A stretch of 64,000 nucleotides of DNA from Tubulanus polymorphus (GCF_964204645.1 NC_134030.1:20420210-20484209), one strand, 5' to 3'. Shown: positions 39,590 to 52,828, counted from the stretch's first letter. Notes: generated by a model not told the origin, from the sequence alone. Translations and numbers: made by a program.

Positions 39590-41985
39590 CACTGCATAAC
39601 AATTGATTATACAAAAGAAATACAATGAGTCCACCGAATACACCACCAGCAACATTTACTCCATTACCAGATCCTCCGTTAGTATTAACTCCATTTGCAT
39701 TAACTCCAATAGCATTAACTGAATTGGTATTGGTATGATTGGTATTGACATTGTTTTTCCCTTCGAATAAAAGGCAAAATAAACAAAATGACAATAAAAA
39801 ATAAGGATATAAATATTATGCTGAAACAACCAACAAACTTTCAACATCGGTGTCTCATTATAGAGTCTACATTACGAGTTGGCAAACACGGACTAGCTTT
39901 TACTCAGGTTTGCTATTAGTAACTTTAAATTTCGGATGCATGTCAACACATCCAGTACTTTTGACAGACATTTATCGAAGTCGTTTTGCTATGAATGGTT
40001 GTTAATTTTGTTAGATATAGCGAGTATACTCGTAGCGAATGGGAAATTTTATTCCCAGTAATAAATGCAACTAACCTGGTTCATCATATCGACCGAGATC
40101 ACGACGGCGAATATCAATGAAGCGTTTACCATTTAGCAGACACCTCCCTCTATAATCAGTTGTGATACTGTTTACAATCGGTACCGAAACAATCCATTTG
40201 TCGTTTGATTGTTTCCGAAAATTGGCTGGAGGGTCACATGTTAGTCGTTTCGTCTCTGCATTACTGGGTATTAATACATTATAGTACCAAGCTGTTGCAA
40301 GGTCTTGAATGAAAAATGAGATAAAACAACCATGAATCAAATTATCTGCCCCTTGAATATAGATATGATAGATACCGGTATTCAAAACCGCTTTTATCAC
40401 AAGACAATCAACCATTTTAGAGAAATAAAAAACAACAACACGGGACAAAGGAACCCTATTGAAATGGCGGCTTTTAACTGTATAAAGGTTTATTAGATAA
40501 AACTATACAACAGAGAAAAGCTAAGAAGCTAAGAAGCTAATTGAGGATGGTGGCAAGATAATTTAAAGGTAAACGAAGTAATAAATGAGTCACTTTTCTT
40601 TAGATTCAATAAAAAATCCGTCTCAAATTCTATGATTAACGAATATGAAATCGTGATTAGTCTGAACCAGTTATCTGGGAAAAAGTAACTTGATTTGTTT
40701 CTTTTTTTCAACACATACTTTATTTGATAAGCTCAACTTGAGAATTTAATAAGGCACAGGAAAGATAAAGGTGCGCGGTTCAGCTTAATTATATTTAAAT
40801 GATCGATGTTACGAATACCCAGATACTTACTATGAACTACAATCGGGTCAAATAGTGCAGGTTCCGGATCTGTAGGATTCTCCTTTGCAAGACATCTAAA
40901 AGTCGTTCCATTGTGAAGTTTGGAATCTGCCTTGAATTTTAGCTGCGCGTAAACAAAGTGCGTTCTGTTTGACATATCTGTGAAGTCGCATATCTCAAAG
41001 AACTGGTCCCCACGATTCTGAATCTCGTCTCTTCTGTTCAAAAATCAGCGTAGGCGTCGATTTTCCAACCATCGCTCTACAAAGGTACCGTGTCTCGACC
41101 CCCTCGAATCTAATGTCCGGCCGTCCAACAGTTACATGATAAGTATCGACGAACATATGAAATTCTGAAAGATATTTAGATTTACGAGCGAATGAATTTT
41201 CGTTTTTCAATTGTGTTTGCATGCGTTTCGTCAATGCATTAAAGGACTTCACCGGAGACATTGCTGAAAATGAACTACAGTAAAATCCGCTAAATTCGTA
41301 TCGGGTTTATCTGGATTTTCGTCTTATGCACTTTATTAAGTCCGATTTTTTTTTCATCTAGTCTCCAGTCGGATATTCAATTTTTAGAAGTCGCCTCTAA
41401 AAACCTTACCGTTCACGATGTAGATATGTAGCTCAATGTCCAAGTAACAACCATAACTTCCAGAATTTTCATACTTTTGAATCCCAATTCGTGTAATACG
41501 GATTTCGGATAATCCGAACGAAAATCTTCGATCCATTACGATCCGGATTGAGCGGATTTTACTGTAACCGGGCACACGGGTTCAACTTCATCAGCTCTCC
41601 AGAAAAGAGTGGTGTTTAGCTTGCTCACGGTATGTAATAAAACCCAAGGCCCAGTTCCACAGTTCTGAGTTAAGATTTGACTCTGGGTTAAAAAATTGAA
41701 AATGAACTAACTTTAACTCAGAGTTAACTCTAACTCGCGACTGTGGAACTGAGTCCAGGGTCCAGTTCCACAGTTCTGAGTTAAGATTTGACTCAGGGTT
41801 AAAACATTGAAAATGAACTAACTTTAACTCGGAGTTAACTCTCAACTCACAACTGTGGAACTGGATCCTGAGGATTACAGATAGATACTTGTAGTTAAAA
41901 AGAATTCCATCAATTCAACATTACCAGTCTTTGTCAGCGCAGGCCCCAGCAGTAAAATCGCTAAGATCATCAACGAGAAACCCAT
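39590..41985 (-). pseudogene. B3: disabled inverted copy of the GPI-type Ig gene
   Basis: Exons 41985-41925, 41164-40831, 40291-40076, and 39760 downward; GGA>TGA nonsense at 40995-40997 plus a 1-nt insertion near 40956 in the Ig exon; B2-equivalent stop lost. Confidence 0.85.
41647..41869. mobile_element. Tandem dimer of a ~112-bp MITE-like unit inserted in B3 intron 1
   Basis: Absent from the matching B2 intron; ends ccagttccacagtt.../...aactgtggaactgg. Confidence 0.65.
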
Positions 41986-44523
41986 AATGACGTTATAACA
42001 ATGACATCGATTGAATTTCTAGCGGATAATGAATAAAAGTACGTATTTTGCCCTATATAATAACAGATATGCTCGTGCCTTGATAAGGAATATTTATCGA
42101 TAAAACATTTTGTTACGGAGCGCTTAGATAAATCGAATGGGTTTTCCCTTTGCTTATATTGATGAAATTGGACGCAGAAATCGTTAGCTAGATTTCATCA
42201 TGGACTCTAAATAGAAGGGACGTTAAACGCGGTGTGAGACCAAATTATCCAGCTGTCAAAGAGTCCACGATTTTATTAGGGATTTGCAATGTTGAGAAGT
42301 GACGGTTCTCTGCAACCGATACAATAACTCTACAACTTGATACAGGATTTTCACGCGACTCTGATTTTCACTCAGGTATCTAGAAAAATCTTTATTCAAA
42401 TATTAGATCGCCGAGTCGATATAATATCAGTTGTAATGTTTTAAATTTGTCATCTTTTCGGTAAGATTCAAGAATAGGGGACTAGTGGTTAGGATTAGGG
42501 TTAGGTTTAGTTCCCTAATCATCATTAATTACAATATACATTACTATCATTATATATCATCATTATCAATTACTGATATTATTACTTAATTGATAACTAT
42601 CACTACATATATATTGCTATAGTCCCCTATACTTGAATCGCACCCCCAGGACCTGATTTCCGTCAAATGTGCATGCTGCTGATTAAACTAACCTAGTCCG
42701 ATTGATCTGAATGCAGCAGATGATATTAATATGTAGAAGATAACTGATCGAAATAGTCCAAGAAGCTACACTTATGAATTGGTGAGTAGACAATTTATTG
42801 GAATACTGGGTAATAGTGCAAGGGTGTAGGAAAATTATTCCATATAATACGTTGGTTGACAGATTCGGATCTTCATTTCGACGCATTTCAAAGAGCCGCC
42901 ATTATCACCATCACGCCATCTACATCCTCATGACTATAATTTCCATCATCATCCTCCCCATCATTACTATCCTACATCACTACACTCTCCACCATCACCA
43001 CTACTCCTTTGAACCAGTCAGTCGTCCCGTCAGTCAGCAACCAGTTAACCGCGCAGCTGTGTAGATTGTTGTGCGGACGAATATGAATATGTGGTTCATC
43101 CTGGAACTACTTAACCGGAATCTACACTTCGTCCGTATTTTACCTTTGTTTGTAAAACTCAAGTCAGGTTCAAACAAACCCTCGTTACTTACAGCAAACA
43201 AATACAGTAGAGACGGCTTCTTACTCGAATCAAGCTGGGAGGTGAGAGTGACCAACTTCCCTGAATCAAGTGAGGCCAACGATTTTTGTTTTGAGTTAGA
43301 AAACCGAATTAATAGATATCCTACAGCAATCGTTTGTCAGCAATTTGTGATAATCAGGTCTTCTCTTGATCATTCATCATTATTACTATTGTTAATTACA
43401 CTATCATACATTTCTATTAATAGTAAATCATGTTTTGCTGATTTATAAATAGGGGTGATCACGCTTGCATACTATCAAAATCGAATTTCAAAGCAAATAA
43501 ATAAGAAATGTTGAAGAATCAGGCAGTATTGAATTTGAGACTTACGTACATCAGGGCAGTTTGAATCTTTAAATCATGTATTATCTTAAATTACCAAACC
43601 TTGTCATATTTCCGAATTATCTAATGGTGGAACGATAACCACACTCAAACGTGGTGAACGGATGATAAGAAAAAATCCCACTATTTACAGATTAAAAGAA
43701 TTTATGATCTCACCCTAGAGATCATCGTCAGGTGAACTCGTTTGTCGATGATGTAATTGTCGACAAAAGATATCTCGTAAATGGAGTTCCAATAGACTTC
43801 CTCGCAAACGAACGCAGGCGATCAGCACTAATCCGTATTATCGAAATTCCAAACGTCAATTTATGCTCCAAAAATTGAATGAAATAGACCACTTGCAGAC
43901 CAGTAACCCAAAAGAATTTTGGAACCATATTAAAAAGCTAGGGCCGGGGAATAGAGATAACGCTATAAGAGCAGTGAGAACGGAAAACGGCACAATTTCA
44001 GAAAACAAAAACGATATCATGAAACAATGGAAATACGATTTTGAAAAATTGTACAATCCAGTTGCTAATGATAGTCCCATTAATTCGGATGAACAAGAAA
44101 TAAACTCCTTTTGGGATCATATTGATAATATGGAAGAAATTTATGATATAAATTATACTCTGAATAATTCAATAACACAAGCCGAAGTTATTCAAGCCAC
44201 GAACAAATTAAAAAACAATAAAGCAACTGGGCTGGATAAGATTCCAAATGAAGTTTTAAAAAGTCCTAATCTTTGTAAAATTCTGTGCATCCTGTTCAAT
44301 AAGATTCTCAGTGCCGGTAACGTCCCATCAATATAGAACCAGAGTATTTTACATCCTATTCATAAACAAGGTAAAGACGAACTTACACCACTTGGGTATA
44401 GAGGTATTAGTCTTAACTTCTTAGGCTTCGATTCAAGATGGCGGACTAGTGCGATCACGCATTCGTATATGTCCTGACAAAAATTATTTATCAAGTGTTT
44501 TCACTGTGGATTTATAACGAGTA

Positions 44524-45843
44524 ATGGGTTCATTGGATAGGAAGTGTTCTATCAAGTTTCCTCTGAATGAGGTAAACGGAAAAATTCTTCATCAAGATGT
44601 AATTAACGCTATAAAGGACAGTGCCGACGGTGACGTGAGTAAAATAGCAGCGATTCAAATAACGTCAAAATTTTGCATAATTACTGCAGTAGATGAAACG
44701 AGTAAAGATCTTCTGAAACAATCCGGATTAATCTTTCGAGGGAATAAAATCACTCCGGATGATGTAGATTTAACCTTTTTGTCTGTGAAAATAGTCGATG
44801 CTCCGTATGAGATGTCGGATCTGACCATTGTCAACTTTATTAAAAATTATGGTGATTATGTTGAAGGATCGGTAAAAAAAGGCGTGATAAGGGACACTCA
44901 AATATATACTGGGACCAGATATTTGAAATTGAAACAAGTCAATAAAGTTATTCCAAACTTCACATCAATCGATGGATTCCGCGTTAGAGTGTACTGTGAG
45001 GGTATAGGGTGTCAACATTGCCTTGGCGATCATCGCTCAGCTGACTGTCCGTCACGATTTAAGTGTTTCAAATGTGGCGCCGCAGAGCATAAAGCTCGTG
45101 ATTGTACCGTGACTCTGAGCGACACGATATCCAACGAAGCGCGTGACTATTGCGAGAAAACGTCAAGCGAACCGCTGTCCAATACTATTACAAATAATGT
45201 ATTAGTAATCGGTGATTCCAACCTCCGTGACTTCGAGTTTCCGAATGGCACGGTTATTTGCCAGCCTGGTGCTAGCGGTGAAAAGATTTCATCGCTTCTG
45301 AATAAAGCTGACAATCAGATTCTAGATCGATCGTCGATTACTGACGTTATTCTCCACTTAGGTACAAACGATATAAGTAACAACAAAAATGACAGTGACA
45401 CTGTAGTGGTGAATCTGTCCTTAGCCATGGCTAAAACGACGGAACATTTCAATGAAGCCCAGATTCACTTCTCTAGTATCATTCCAAGAAAAGGTAACTC
45501 CAACAACGTAAAAGAGTACAACAGCCTTGCAATAGCAGTTAACAACCATATCGGGAAACTATGCGCGGAACAGAATATCATGTTTATTGATAATGACACT
45601 ATATTGAAACTTAAACCGTCTGGTAAAGCTTTGGACCACTTTTATTCGCCGACCGATAAAAGTGGTATTCACCTCAGTGAAACCGGCAAGCTTGCATTGC
45701 TTAAACACTTTTGCGAGGCAATAGATGGCGTCACTAGTGATGCTTTCTGCACACCGACCTCGGCAAAACGAAAGGAGAGATCACTATCCGGAACACCACC
45801 TTCAATAGAAAAAACCAGGAAAAAACAATACGTTGAATATTAG
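44524..45843 (+). CDS. LINE ORF1: CCHC zinc knuckles + SGNH/GDSL esterase domain
   Basis: CQHCLGDHRSADC, CFKCGAAEHKARDC; VLVIGDSN, HLGTND, GIHLS esterase blocks. Confidence 0.9.
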   Translation: MGSLDRKCSIKFPLNEVNGKILHQDVINAIKDSADGDVSKIAAIQITSKFCIITAVDETSKDLLKQSGLIFRGNKITPDDVDLTFLSVKIVDAPYEMSDLTIVNFIKNYGDYVEGSVKKGVIRDTQIYTGTRYLKLKQVNKVIPNFTSIDGFRVRVYCEGIGCQHCLGDHRSADCPSRFKCFKCGAAEHKARDCTVTLSDTISNEARDYCEKTSSEPLSNTITNNVLVIGDSNLRDFEFPNGTVICQPGASGEKISSLLNKADNQILDRSSITDVILHLGTNDISNNKNDSDTVVVNLSLAMAKTTEHFNEAQIHFSSIIPRKGNSNNVKEYNSLAIAVNNHIGKLCAEQNIMFIDNDTILKLKPSGKALDHFYSPTDKSGIHLSETGKLALLKHFCEAIDGVTSDAFCTPTSAKRKERSLSGTPPSIEKTRKKQYVEY

Positions 45844-45868
45844 TCAAACACCATGACTTGTTATTTGT

Positions 45869-48793
45869 ATGAAAAGCTCAGTAACTGATATACCTTGTAC
45901 AAACAACAGTTGTTTGTACTTTAATGTTGACGAGGATTCTCCTCTTGAACGGGGAAGTCTATCCATCATTTCTCATAACATCAGAAGTGTCAACAAAAAT
46001 TTTGACAGTTTAACTGATTTTTTGAATTGTTGTAATGGTCAATTTTCGGTCATTGGTTTGACCGAGACTTGGACTAATTCAAATAATTCTAACTCCAATT
46101 TGTATAGAATTAACGGTTACACGAGTATTTTTAAATCCCGCGCCAATGGTCAACTTGGTGGCGGCGTAGCTCTCTTCCTAAAGGAAAATTTCAATTTCAA
46201 AGTACGGACAGACTTATCAACTAGGAATCATACTTTCGAATCTTTATTCATCGAAATTGTTTTAGATAAAAAATCCAATATTATTATTGGAGTAATATAT
46301 AGACCTCCAGGAGGAAAATTACCAACTTTTCAAGATGAATTTGAAGTTTTAACGGCAGAAATTACTCGCGAGAACAAACTTTGCTACCTGGTGGGGGACT
46401 TTAATATAGATCTTATGAAATATGATACGCACAAAGATACTGAAATATTTCTCGAATCTTTATTTTCTCATTCTTTTTCACCTTTGATTGACAAGCCAAC
46501 TCGAGTAACTTGTGACTCGACATCCTTAATTGACAATATTTTTTGTAACGATTTGCGACATGTTCACAAATCTGGGATTTTTATGACCGACCTTTCGGAT
46601 CATTACCCAATATTTACTATCTGCAGTGGTGATCAGCCTCTGTCTGACAGACAACCTTTTAAAACTAGAATTTTCTCGCAGCGCAATATTTCTAATTTCA
46701 ACAGATTACTTATGAATATTAACTGGAATGAAGTGTATTCATCTGATAATCACTCAGTTGCTTACACTACTTTCATTGAAAAAGTTTCTTTAGTTTTCAA
46801 TCAAGTTTTCCCTCTGGTACCAGTTAATCATATTAATCCCACATTCCATAAACCATGGATAACTCCTGGTATTATCGCAGCAATTAAAACAAAAAACAAC
46901 CTTTATAGGAAATTTATTAGAACACGTTCAGAAAAAATAAAATCAAAATACAACTCGTACAAAAATCTCATTTCAAAGCTTATTAACAAAGCCGAATCTA
47001 ATTATTATTCTGAAAAATTGCTCGCTGCTGGAAATGATATGAAAGAAAAGTGGAAACTGTTGAACACAGTTTTAGGTAGAAACATTTATTCTAAAATGCC
47101 TAATTCTTTTACTTCTGATCAACGTGTTATTTCTGGTAATATAAACATCGCCAACGAGTTTAACAATTTTTTTGCAAATATTGGTGAAAGGCTTGCTACT
47201 CAAATCCCTGATACAGGGCAATCCTTTCATCAATATATGAATAAACGTGTCAATGAAAGTCTATTTCTCTTTCCGACTTCACCTCATGAAATAAGTGATG
47301 TGGTCTCGGGTTTCCCCTTAAAGAAGAGTGCCGGTGTCGATGGTTTGAGTATTTTTGTTATAAAACAGGTGATTGACATCATTAAGTTCCCTTTATCCCA
47401 TATCTTTAACCGTAGTCTTCAGACTGGAATAGTTCCCAATGAACTCAAAATTGCGAAAGTTTGTCCTTTGTTTAAATCCGGAGCCCCTAATTCTTTAAAT
47501 AATTATCGACCCATATCTTTGCTTCCTAGCTTCTCAAAAATTCTGGAAAAACTAGTTTACAACAGATTGGTTTCCTTTTGTAACAAACAGGATATTGTAA
47601 CCCCCGACCAGTTTGGCTTTCGTTCAAAACATTCAACAGATTTGGCACTAACCAAGGTTGTTGATAATCTTTCTGAAGCCTTGGAAAATAAGAATATTAC
47701 TATTGGATTATTCTTGGACCTGTCTAAGGCATTCGACACCGTTAACCATGACATTTTGTTAATGAAGCTTGATTATTACGGAATCCGAGGTGTTCCTCAT
47801 GATTGGTTTAAAAGCTACCTGACTGACAGGAGTCAAGTTTTAAGTTTCAACAATACCTTATCGTCTCCATTAAATGTATCAATTGGTGTACCTCAGGGTT
47901 CTATTCTAGGCCCTTTGTTATTTTTATTATACGTTAACGATTGCATAAATGCGTCCAAATTACTCCATTTTATCCTCTTTGCCGATGACACGAATTGTTT
48001 TTATAGTAACTCTAATATCAAAGAATTGGTTTCCATAGTAAATTCTGAACTGGCGAAACTTGGCATCTGGTATCAAGTAAACAAACTTTCAATAAATATT
48101 GCGAAATGCCACTTTATGATTTTTGGTCGTGTAGATCACTTTAATTCTTCCATTTGGTTAAATGGAGAATTAATCAAACGTGTACATAGTACGAATTTTC
48201 TTGGTCTTTTTATAGATGACAAATTAAATTGGGATGTCCATATCAAATATGTCTGCAGTAAAGTGTCACGCTCCATTGGAATTTTAACCAGATTAAAAAA
48301 GCATTTCCCATCAAATATCCTTATTACCCTTTATTATAGTTTTGTTTATCCTCATTTACAATATTGTAATTTAATCTGGGGAAGTAATTATGCAAACAAG
48401 CTAAATCCACTAATTCTACTACAAAAAAGAGCAGTAAGAATAGTTAATAAGTCTCATTTCCTAGAACACACTGACCCTATCTTCAAAAAATTGAATATCC
48501 TAAAATTTAGACATATTACAAAATTTCAATTAAGTCTATTTATGTTCAAATTCAATAATTCAAAATTGCCAAATTCCTTTAACCGGTATTTCAAAAAGAA
48601 TGTTGATATACACTCGTATTCAACCAGAAATATGAATTCTTTTCGTGTTGCCAGATTTCGGACTAACAAAACACAATTCACAGTAAAAATTTCTGGTCCT
48701 GTTGTCTGGAATAATTTGCCAAAAAGTTTAAAACAACTGTCGTGTATAGATACTTTCAAAAGAAAACTTAAATTGTATCTAATGAATTTGTAA
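45869..48793 (+). CDS. LINE ORF2: AP endonuclease + reverse transcriptase, 974 aa
   Basis: HNIRS, GLTETW, YRPP, GDFN, SDHYP; YRPISLL, DLSKAFD, GVPQGSILGP, FADD. Confidence 0.97.
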   Translation: MKSSVTDIPCTNNSCLYFNVDEDSPLERGSLSIISHNIRSVNKNFDSLTDFLNCCNGQFSVIGLTETWTNSNNSNSNLYRINGYTSIFKSRANGQLGGGVALFLKENFNFKVRTDLSTRNHTFESLFIEIVLDKKSNIIIGVIYRPPGGKLPTFQDEFEVLTAEITRENKLCYLVGDFNIDLMKYDTHKDTEIFLESLFSHSFSPLIDKPTRVTCDSTSLIDNIFCNDLRHVHKSGIFMTDLSDHYPIFTICSGDQPLSDRQPFKTRIFSQRNISNFNRLLMNINWNEVYSSDNHSVAYTTFIEKVSLVFNQVFPLVPVNHINPTFHKPWITPGIIAAIKTKNNLYRKFIRTRSEKIKSKYNSYKNLISKLINKAESNYYSEKLLAAGNDMKEKWKLLNTVLGRNIYSKMPNSFTSDQRVISGNINIANEFNNFFANIGERLATQIPDTGQSFHQYMNKRVNESLFLFPTSPHEISDVVSGFPLKKSAGVDGLSIFVIKQVIDIIKFPLSHIFNRSLQTGIVPNELKIAKVCPLFKSGAPNSLNNYRPISLLPSFSKILEKLVYNRLVSFCNKQDIVTPDQFGFRSKHSTDLALTKVVDNLSEALENKNITIGLFLDLSKAFDTVNHDILLMKLDYYGIRGVPHDWFKSYLTDRSQVLSFNNTLSSPLNVSIGVPQGSILGPLLFLLYVNDCINASKLLHFILFADDTNCFYSNSNIKELVSIVNSELAKLGIWYQVNKLSINIAKCHFMIFGRVDHFNSSIWLNGELIKRVHSTNFLGLFIDDKLNWDVHIKYVCSKVSRSIGILTRLKKHFPSNILITLYYSFVYPHLQYCNLIWGSNYANKLNPLILLQKRAVRIVNKSHFLEHTDPIFKKLNILKFRHITKFQLSLFMFKFNNSKLPNSFNRYFKKNVDIHSYSTRNMNSFRVARFRTNKTQFTVKISGPVVWNNLPKSLKQLSCIDTFKRKLKLYLMNL

Positions 48794-49511
48794 TTAATCT
48801 GTCTGTATCTGTCATCTATTACCAGATTGTAAGAGTGAATGAAAGATAGTGTGATTGACCGCCTGAGTGACTACGTGTGTGGGTGCATGTTGGGTGAAGG
48901 TGTATGACTGCATGTGTGTATGAGTTGAGTGAATCGGTGTATGCTAGGGGATTAGAGATTTTATAAGCCTTCATTGGCTTCATCTAATCTCCTCCACATT
49001 ATATTAAAACATTTCATATTTGTATATCTCTTTATGACATGTTGTAATTTTATTGTGGAAATAAATTTATTAAATTTATTAATTTAACTCAAACGTGGGA
49101 AAGCTTTTCAGTTCAATTTTGAATAATCGTCTGACGCCTTATGTAAATTTGAACGGTAAATTGAGCGACGAACAAAATGCGTTTCGGAAAGGGCGATCAT
49201 GCCTTGATCATATCTATAGCCTAACATCCATTGTATAAAACAGGCGTTTATAAAATCGTCCTACGTTTTTTTGTTATGTCGCTTTTGCTAAAGCATTTGA
49301 TTGTGTGGATCGCTCGTACCTTCTGTATAAACTTCGGTAAAATCGGTATAAATGGAAATTTTCTTAGAATTATTAAAACTTTGTATATGAATAACGATGT
49401 ACGGGTCAGAATAAATGGCTACCTATCAGATAGTTTTCCGAGTACATCAGGTGTAAGACAAGGGGACTGCCTATCACCAACCCTTTTTTCGTTGTACCTA
49501 GATGAGTTAGC

Positions 49512-50648
49512 CTCAACAAGAAAATTAACTTTAATAAATTATTTGACGCCTGCGAAAAAATGTAGAATTTCTGGGAGAAGCTAATGTGGAATTGCAAATT
49601 TGAAATCGAAGTTTTAAGAAATTTGGGGAATTATGAGATTAGGCGATTGGGTAGATGATACAGTCTTCAACTGGTCTAATTTTAAAAAAATTGTCAACTT
49701 GTGACCGACTTCGATTCACTTTTGCCTCTAAGCTGGTCTGCAACTTCATTGCCTCCATGGTTGACGAAAGAGTTCTTTGGATGTTTGCTTCATCATGACG
49801 TCGAGCATATCGTGTAGCCAGCCGGCCCGGTCCTGGGGCCCGGTTTGGCTGTCACTCGATATCCTAGACTTGAGTCTGGGTTGAAGTAGACATTGTCATT
49901 TAAAGAACTAATTCATGTTATTCTGTATGAATTAACCGTGTGTCTTGTATTTTGTATTTTCTTATTTTAAGATTTGTAAGTTTTTTAAATTTTATCCCGG
50001 AATTTCAATGTAATAAGGATCAATAAAGTATTGAATTGAATTGTCACCTTATACACATGCCATCAATGGACGCGGAGCCGTATATGACAGTTATGCTATC
50101 ATAAAGTGCTAATCTCATGAAACTTGCATACCCCTTATATCGAATATATTTTCTAAAACATTTGAATATTGAAATTATATGTTAACACGTTTTTATATAG
50201 CCCGCTTGTAGCCACCGATGAAATTCACGCCGGCCCTACTCAGATCGTAGATAGCTTCGTCATTCCACTAGCATCCCCATGTCAGGGTCTGACTTTTATA
50301 ACAGACTTCCAAATCGTGTATACATCCGCCATTTAACCGAATAGTCCGATTTACTTATCATTTCTATTTATGCCTGCCGCTCCTGATATAATCATACATC
50401 CTTTACTATTACAATACGTCTTCTCATGATATTCAATGCAATATAACATTTCGACGTTCAAATAGACGTCATTATATAATCACAGGGAGCCATTCTACAT
50501 CTTTATCAATAATATTTTGCCAAATAGCTTGTATGTGTACACATAAACCTGTGACGTTTTGCACATCGATTTACGGCTGTCGTTTGTAAAATGACGCTGA
50601 ATGGTTAACATTGTTTAGGTTTCATAATGGTAACGTTTTATAAGGCGT
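49512..50648. mobile_element. Unclassified ~1.1-kb insertion in the older LINE
   Basis: RT homology stops after LYLDEL and resumes shortly before LLYADD. Confidence 0.6.
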
Positions 50649-50971
50649 CAAAAAATTAAATCTCTCGGACTTGGCGTGGAGGTCAACGATATTAGGTTGT
50701 CAATCCTTCTCTATGCCGATGATATTGTCCTAATAGCAGAAGATGAACACCAAGTACTTATAAATGAACTAATGGAATGGTGCAAAAAATGGAAACTGAC
50801 TGTAAATCTTGAAAAGTCCAAAATAATGCACTTTAGAAAGAAATCTGCTCCACTTACCAACTTTCAATTCAAACTGGAGGACAAAACTATTGAAATTATA
50901 AATGAATATATATACTTAGGTGTAGAATTCAATGAATATTTAGATTTTAGTTATACGGCTGATGCCCTTGC

Positions 50972-51807
50972 TAAAGCAGTTTACATACTGGGAATTGAAG
51001 ATCTGGAACCCGACGAATATCGCGAGAAACACTAGTCTTCACGGTATCATTATACATACATACTGGTCAATACGCGATCACTGCTTGAGTTTGTGTCAGA
51101 AGAGCAACAGTATAAACTGGTTTGCGCGGCGAGATATAATCAACGACATTGGTGAATGCTACAAGAAACTCGATAATGAATGGATTAAGACAAGTCAGGT
51201 GATTAAATATGATGATAACACGCAGTTGATCAGTGGTGATACGAACACATACAATACAGAGGAGGGTCTGATTATTGATACTGGTGTTAGTGCGTAACGT
51301 TTGGGTAATATCTTAGTCAATATTCACAAATCGTATTCATCCTTAAAACATCTATCTCTCAAATCTCCGCTACGTGAGCTCGATAGAAATACAACCAGAG
51401 AGCTGATAAACATCATACCGAAGTCTGAAAACCTTATATCTTGAAGAAGTAATATTCGATAATGATTTATCGGTTCGGAGGAATTGAAAGATTTTAACAC
51501 CGCGTTAAAATCTTCAGACATCGAAACAATTCAGTTCGGACTGCCCGTACTGCGCGAACTGACTGAACTGCGCGAACTAACGACTGATCAACGTGCAGCA
51601 ATCAGTGATAGCGTCGGTTCAATGCGGAAACTAAGGCGTCTTATCATTAACGGACGTCATTTACAACCGAACCGCGTTCTAGCTCATCTACCGCGACTGA
51701 CTGTATTATCAATAGTGTTGTGTTCAGAAGCTGATGTTGACGCACTTGTTCGGTATCTATCATCAGATGCGGTAAATCAGCTGCGGGAAGTCAGTATTTA
51801 TAGCTAG
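50972..51807 (+). pseudogene. Decayed leucine-rich-repeat-like coding fragment
   Basis: LKHLSL, LRRLII, LTVLSI, LREVSI LxxLxL-type units in broken frames. Confidence 0.45.
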
Positions 51808-52325
51808 TTTGATAGACCGGAACAGAACAATGGGCTTGGGCAGTCCGTCCCCTTAAGCCTGTATTCTGCTGAAAATGAAGACGCATCTTGTTAACCAATA
51901 GCGTGAATAGAAATCTTTCTGATTTCTATTCGCGCTATTGGTTAACAAGAATTGACTAGAATTCAAATAGATTTAACAAGAAATTCAATTACTTTAACTG
52001 TTAGTATCACTCTTGTATCATTTCATTGTTTCTCTTATTGAATAAGCCAACTAACTAATATCACTCTTGTATTATCCTAGTCAAATGTAAAGAATTTAAA
52101 ATATCATACTTGAATGAATTAAAACATAAATTACTTCTGTTACTTCATTTTCAGAAATAAAGCATAATATGTATTTAATACCATTAATACGTATTTAATA
52201 CCATTAATACGTATTTGATACGTATTTAATACGTATTTAATACATTGATACCTCAACCCCCTTTTTCAATTAACTAAAACTTCAGCCAATATTTTATATT
52301 TTCAGCTAATTTAACAGTCGATTTC

Positions 52326-52628
52326 TTATTTTGAATCATATAATTTTTCATCAAGTTCATGAATATATTTATGAGTTTTTAAACTCTTTAAATTTTTATA
52401 TCTTTTATTACATACTTCACAGCATTTAATATTATTCAATCTATCTGAAATATAATTTATATTTTCTATTAATTCAGTGTATCTAATTTTACAGCAATCA
52501 TAGAATTCTAACAACTGTTTTATACTATAAATTGAAAAAGAAAATAAACCTGTAAGCATAATAATTGATTTAATATTCTGTTGATTTTTATATATTAGAT
52601 GTAATAAGTTTAATATATTTTCACTCAT
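52326..52628 (-). CDS. Small intronless ORF: hydrophobic segment + C2H2 zinc finger; virus/Polinton-like
   Basis: CEVCNKRYKNLKSLKTHKYIH; start context aataaATG; very AT-rich. Confidence 0.5.
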   Translation of the reverse strand: MSENILNLLHLIYKNQQNIKSIIMLTGLFSFSIYSIKQLLEFYDCCKIRYTELIENINYISDRLNNIKCCEVCNKRYKNLKSLKTHKYIHELDEKLYDSK

Positions 52629-52648
52629 TTATTTATTTAATTAATTCA

Positions 52649-52828
52649 CTAATCTGATTCAATAACTTTTCCATTTAATTTTTTCAATTTCTTGCTCAAT
52701 TTTATATTTTCATTCATCAAATCCTTACTAATATTCTCATAGTATAAATAAAGCGAAGCCAATATTAATCCTCCTGCTACAAGATAATGTTTCAAATCAC
52801 TTTTCCCAGTTGGGATGAAACCATCCAT
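52649..52828 (-). CDS. 59-aa intronless ORF with one TM helix; virus/Polinton-like
   Basis: MDGFIPTGKSDLKHYLVAGGLILASLYLYY...; same aataaATG start; ends 20 bp upstream of the zinc-finger ORF. Confidence 0.4.
   Translation of the reverse strand: MDGFIPTGKSDLKHYLVAGGLILASLYLYYENISKDLMNENIKLSKKLKKLNGKVIESD

Larger units (their letters stand above)
44419..49083 (+). mobile_element. Full-length, apparently intact LINE of the CR1/L2 group
   Basis: Two intact ORFs; 6-bp TSD ttaact (44413-44418 and 49084-49089); 3' aataaa + (aaatttatt) tail; caagatggcg near the 5' end. Confidence 0.93.
43863..50970 (+). pseudogene. Older, decayed non-LTR (LINE) RT fragment in three pieces (43863-44418, 49084-49511, ~50650-50970)
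   Basis: KATGLDKIPNE; YRGISL|NSNVGKLFSSILNNR rejoins across the nested LINE; GVRQGDCLSPTLF; LLYADD; contains stops and frameshifts. Confidence 0.9.
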
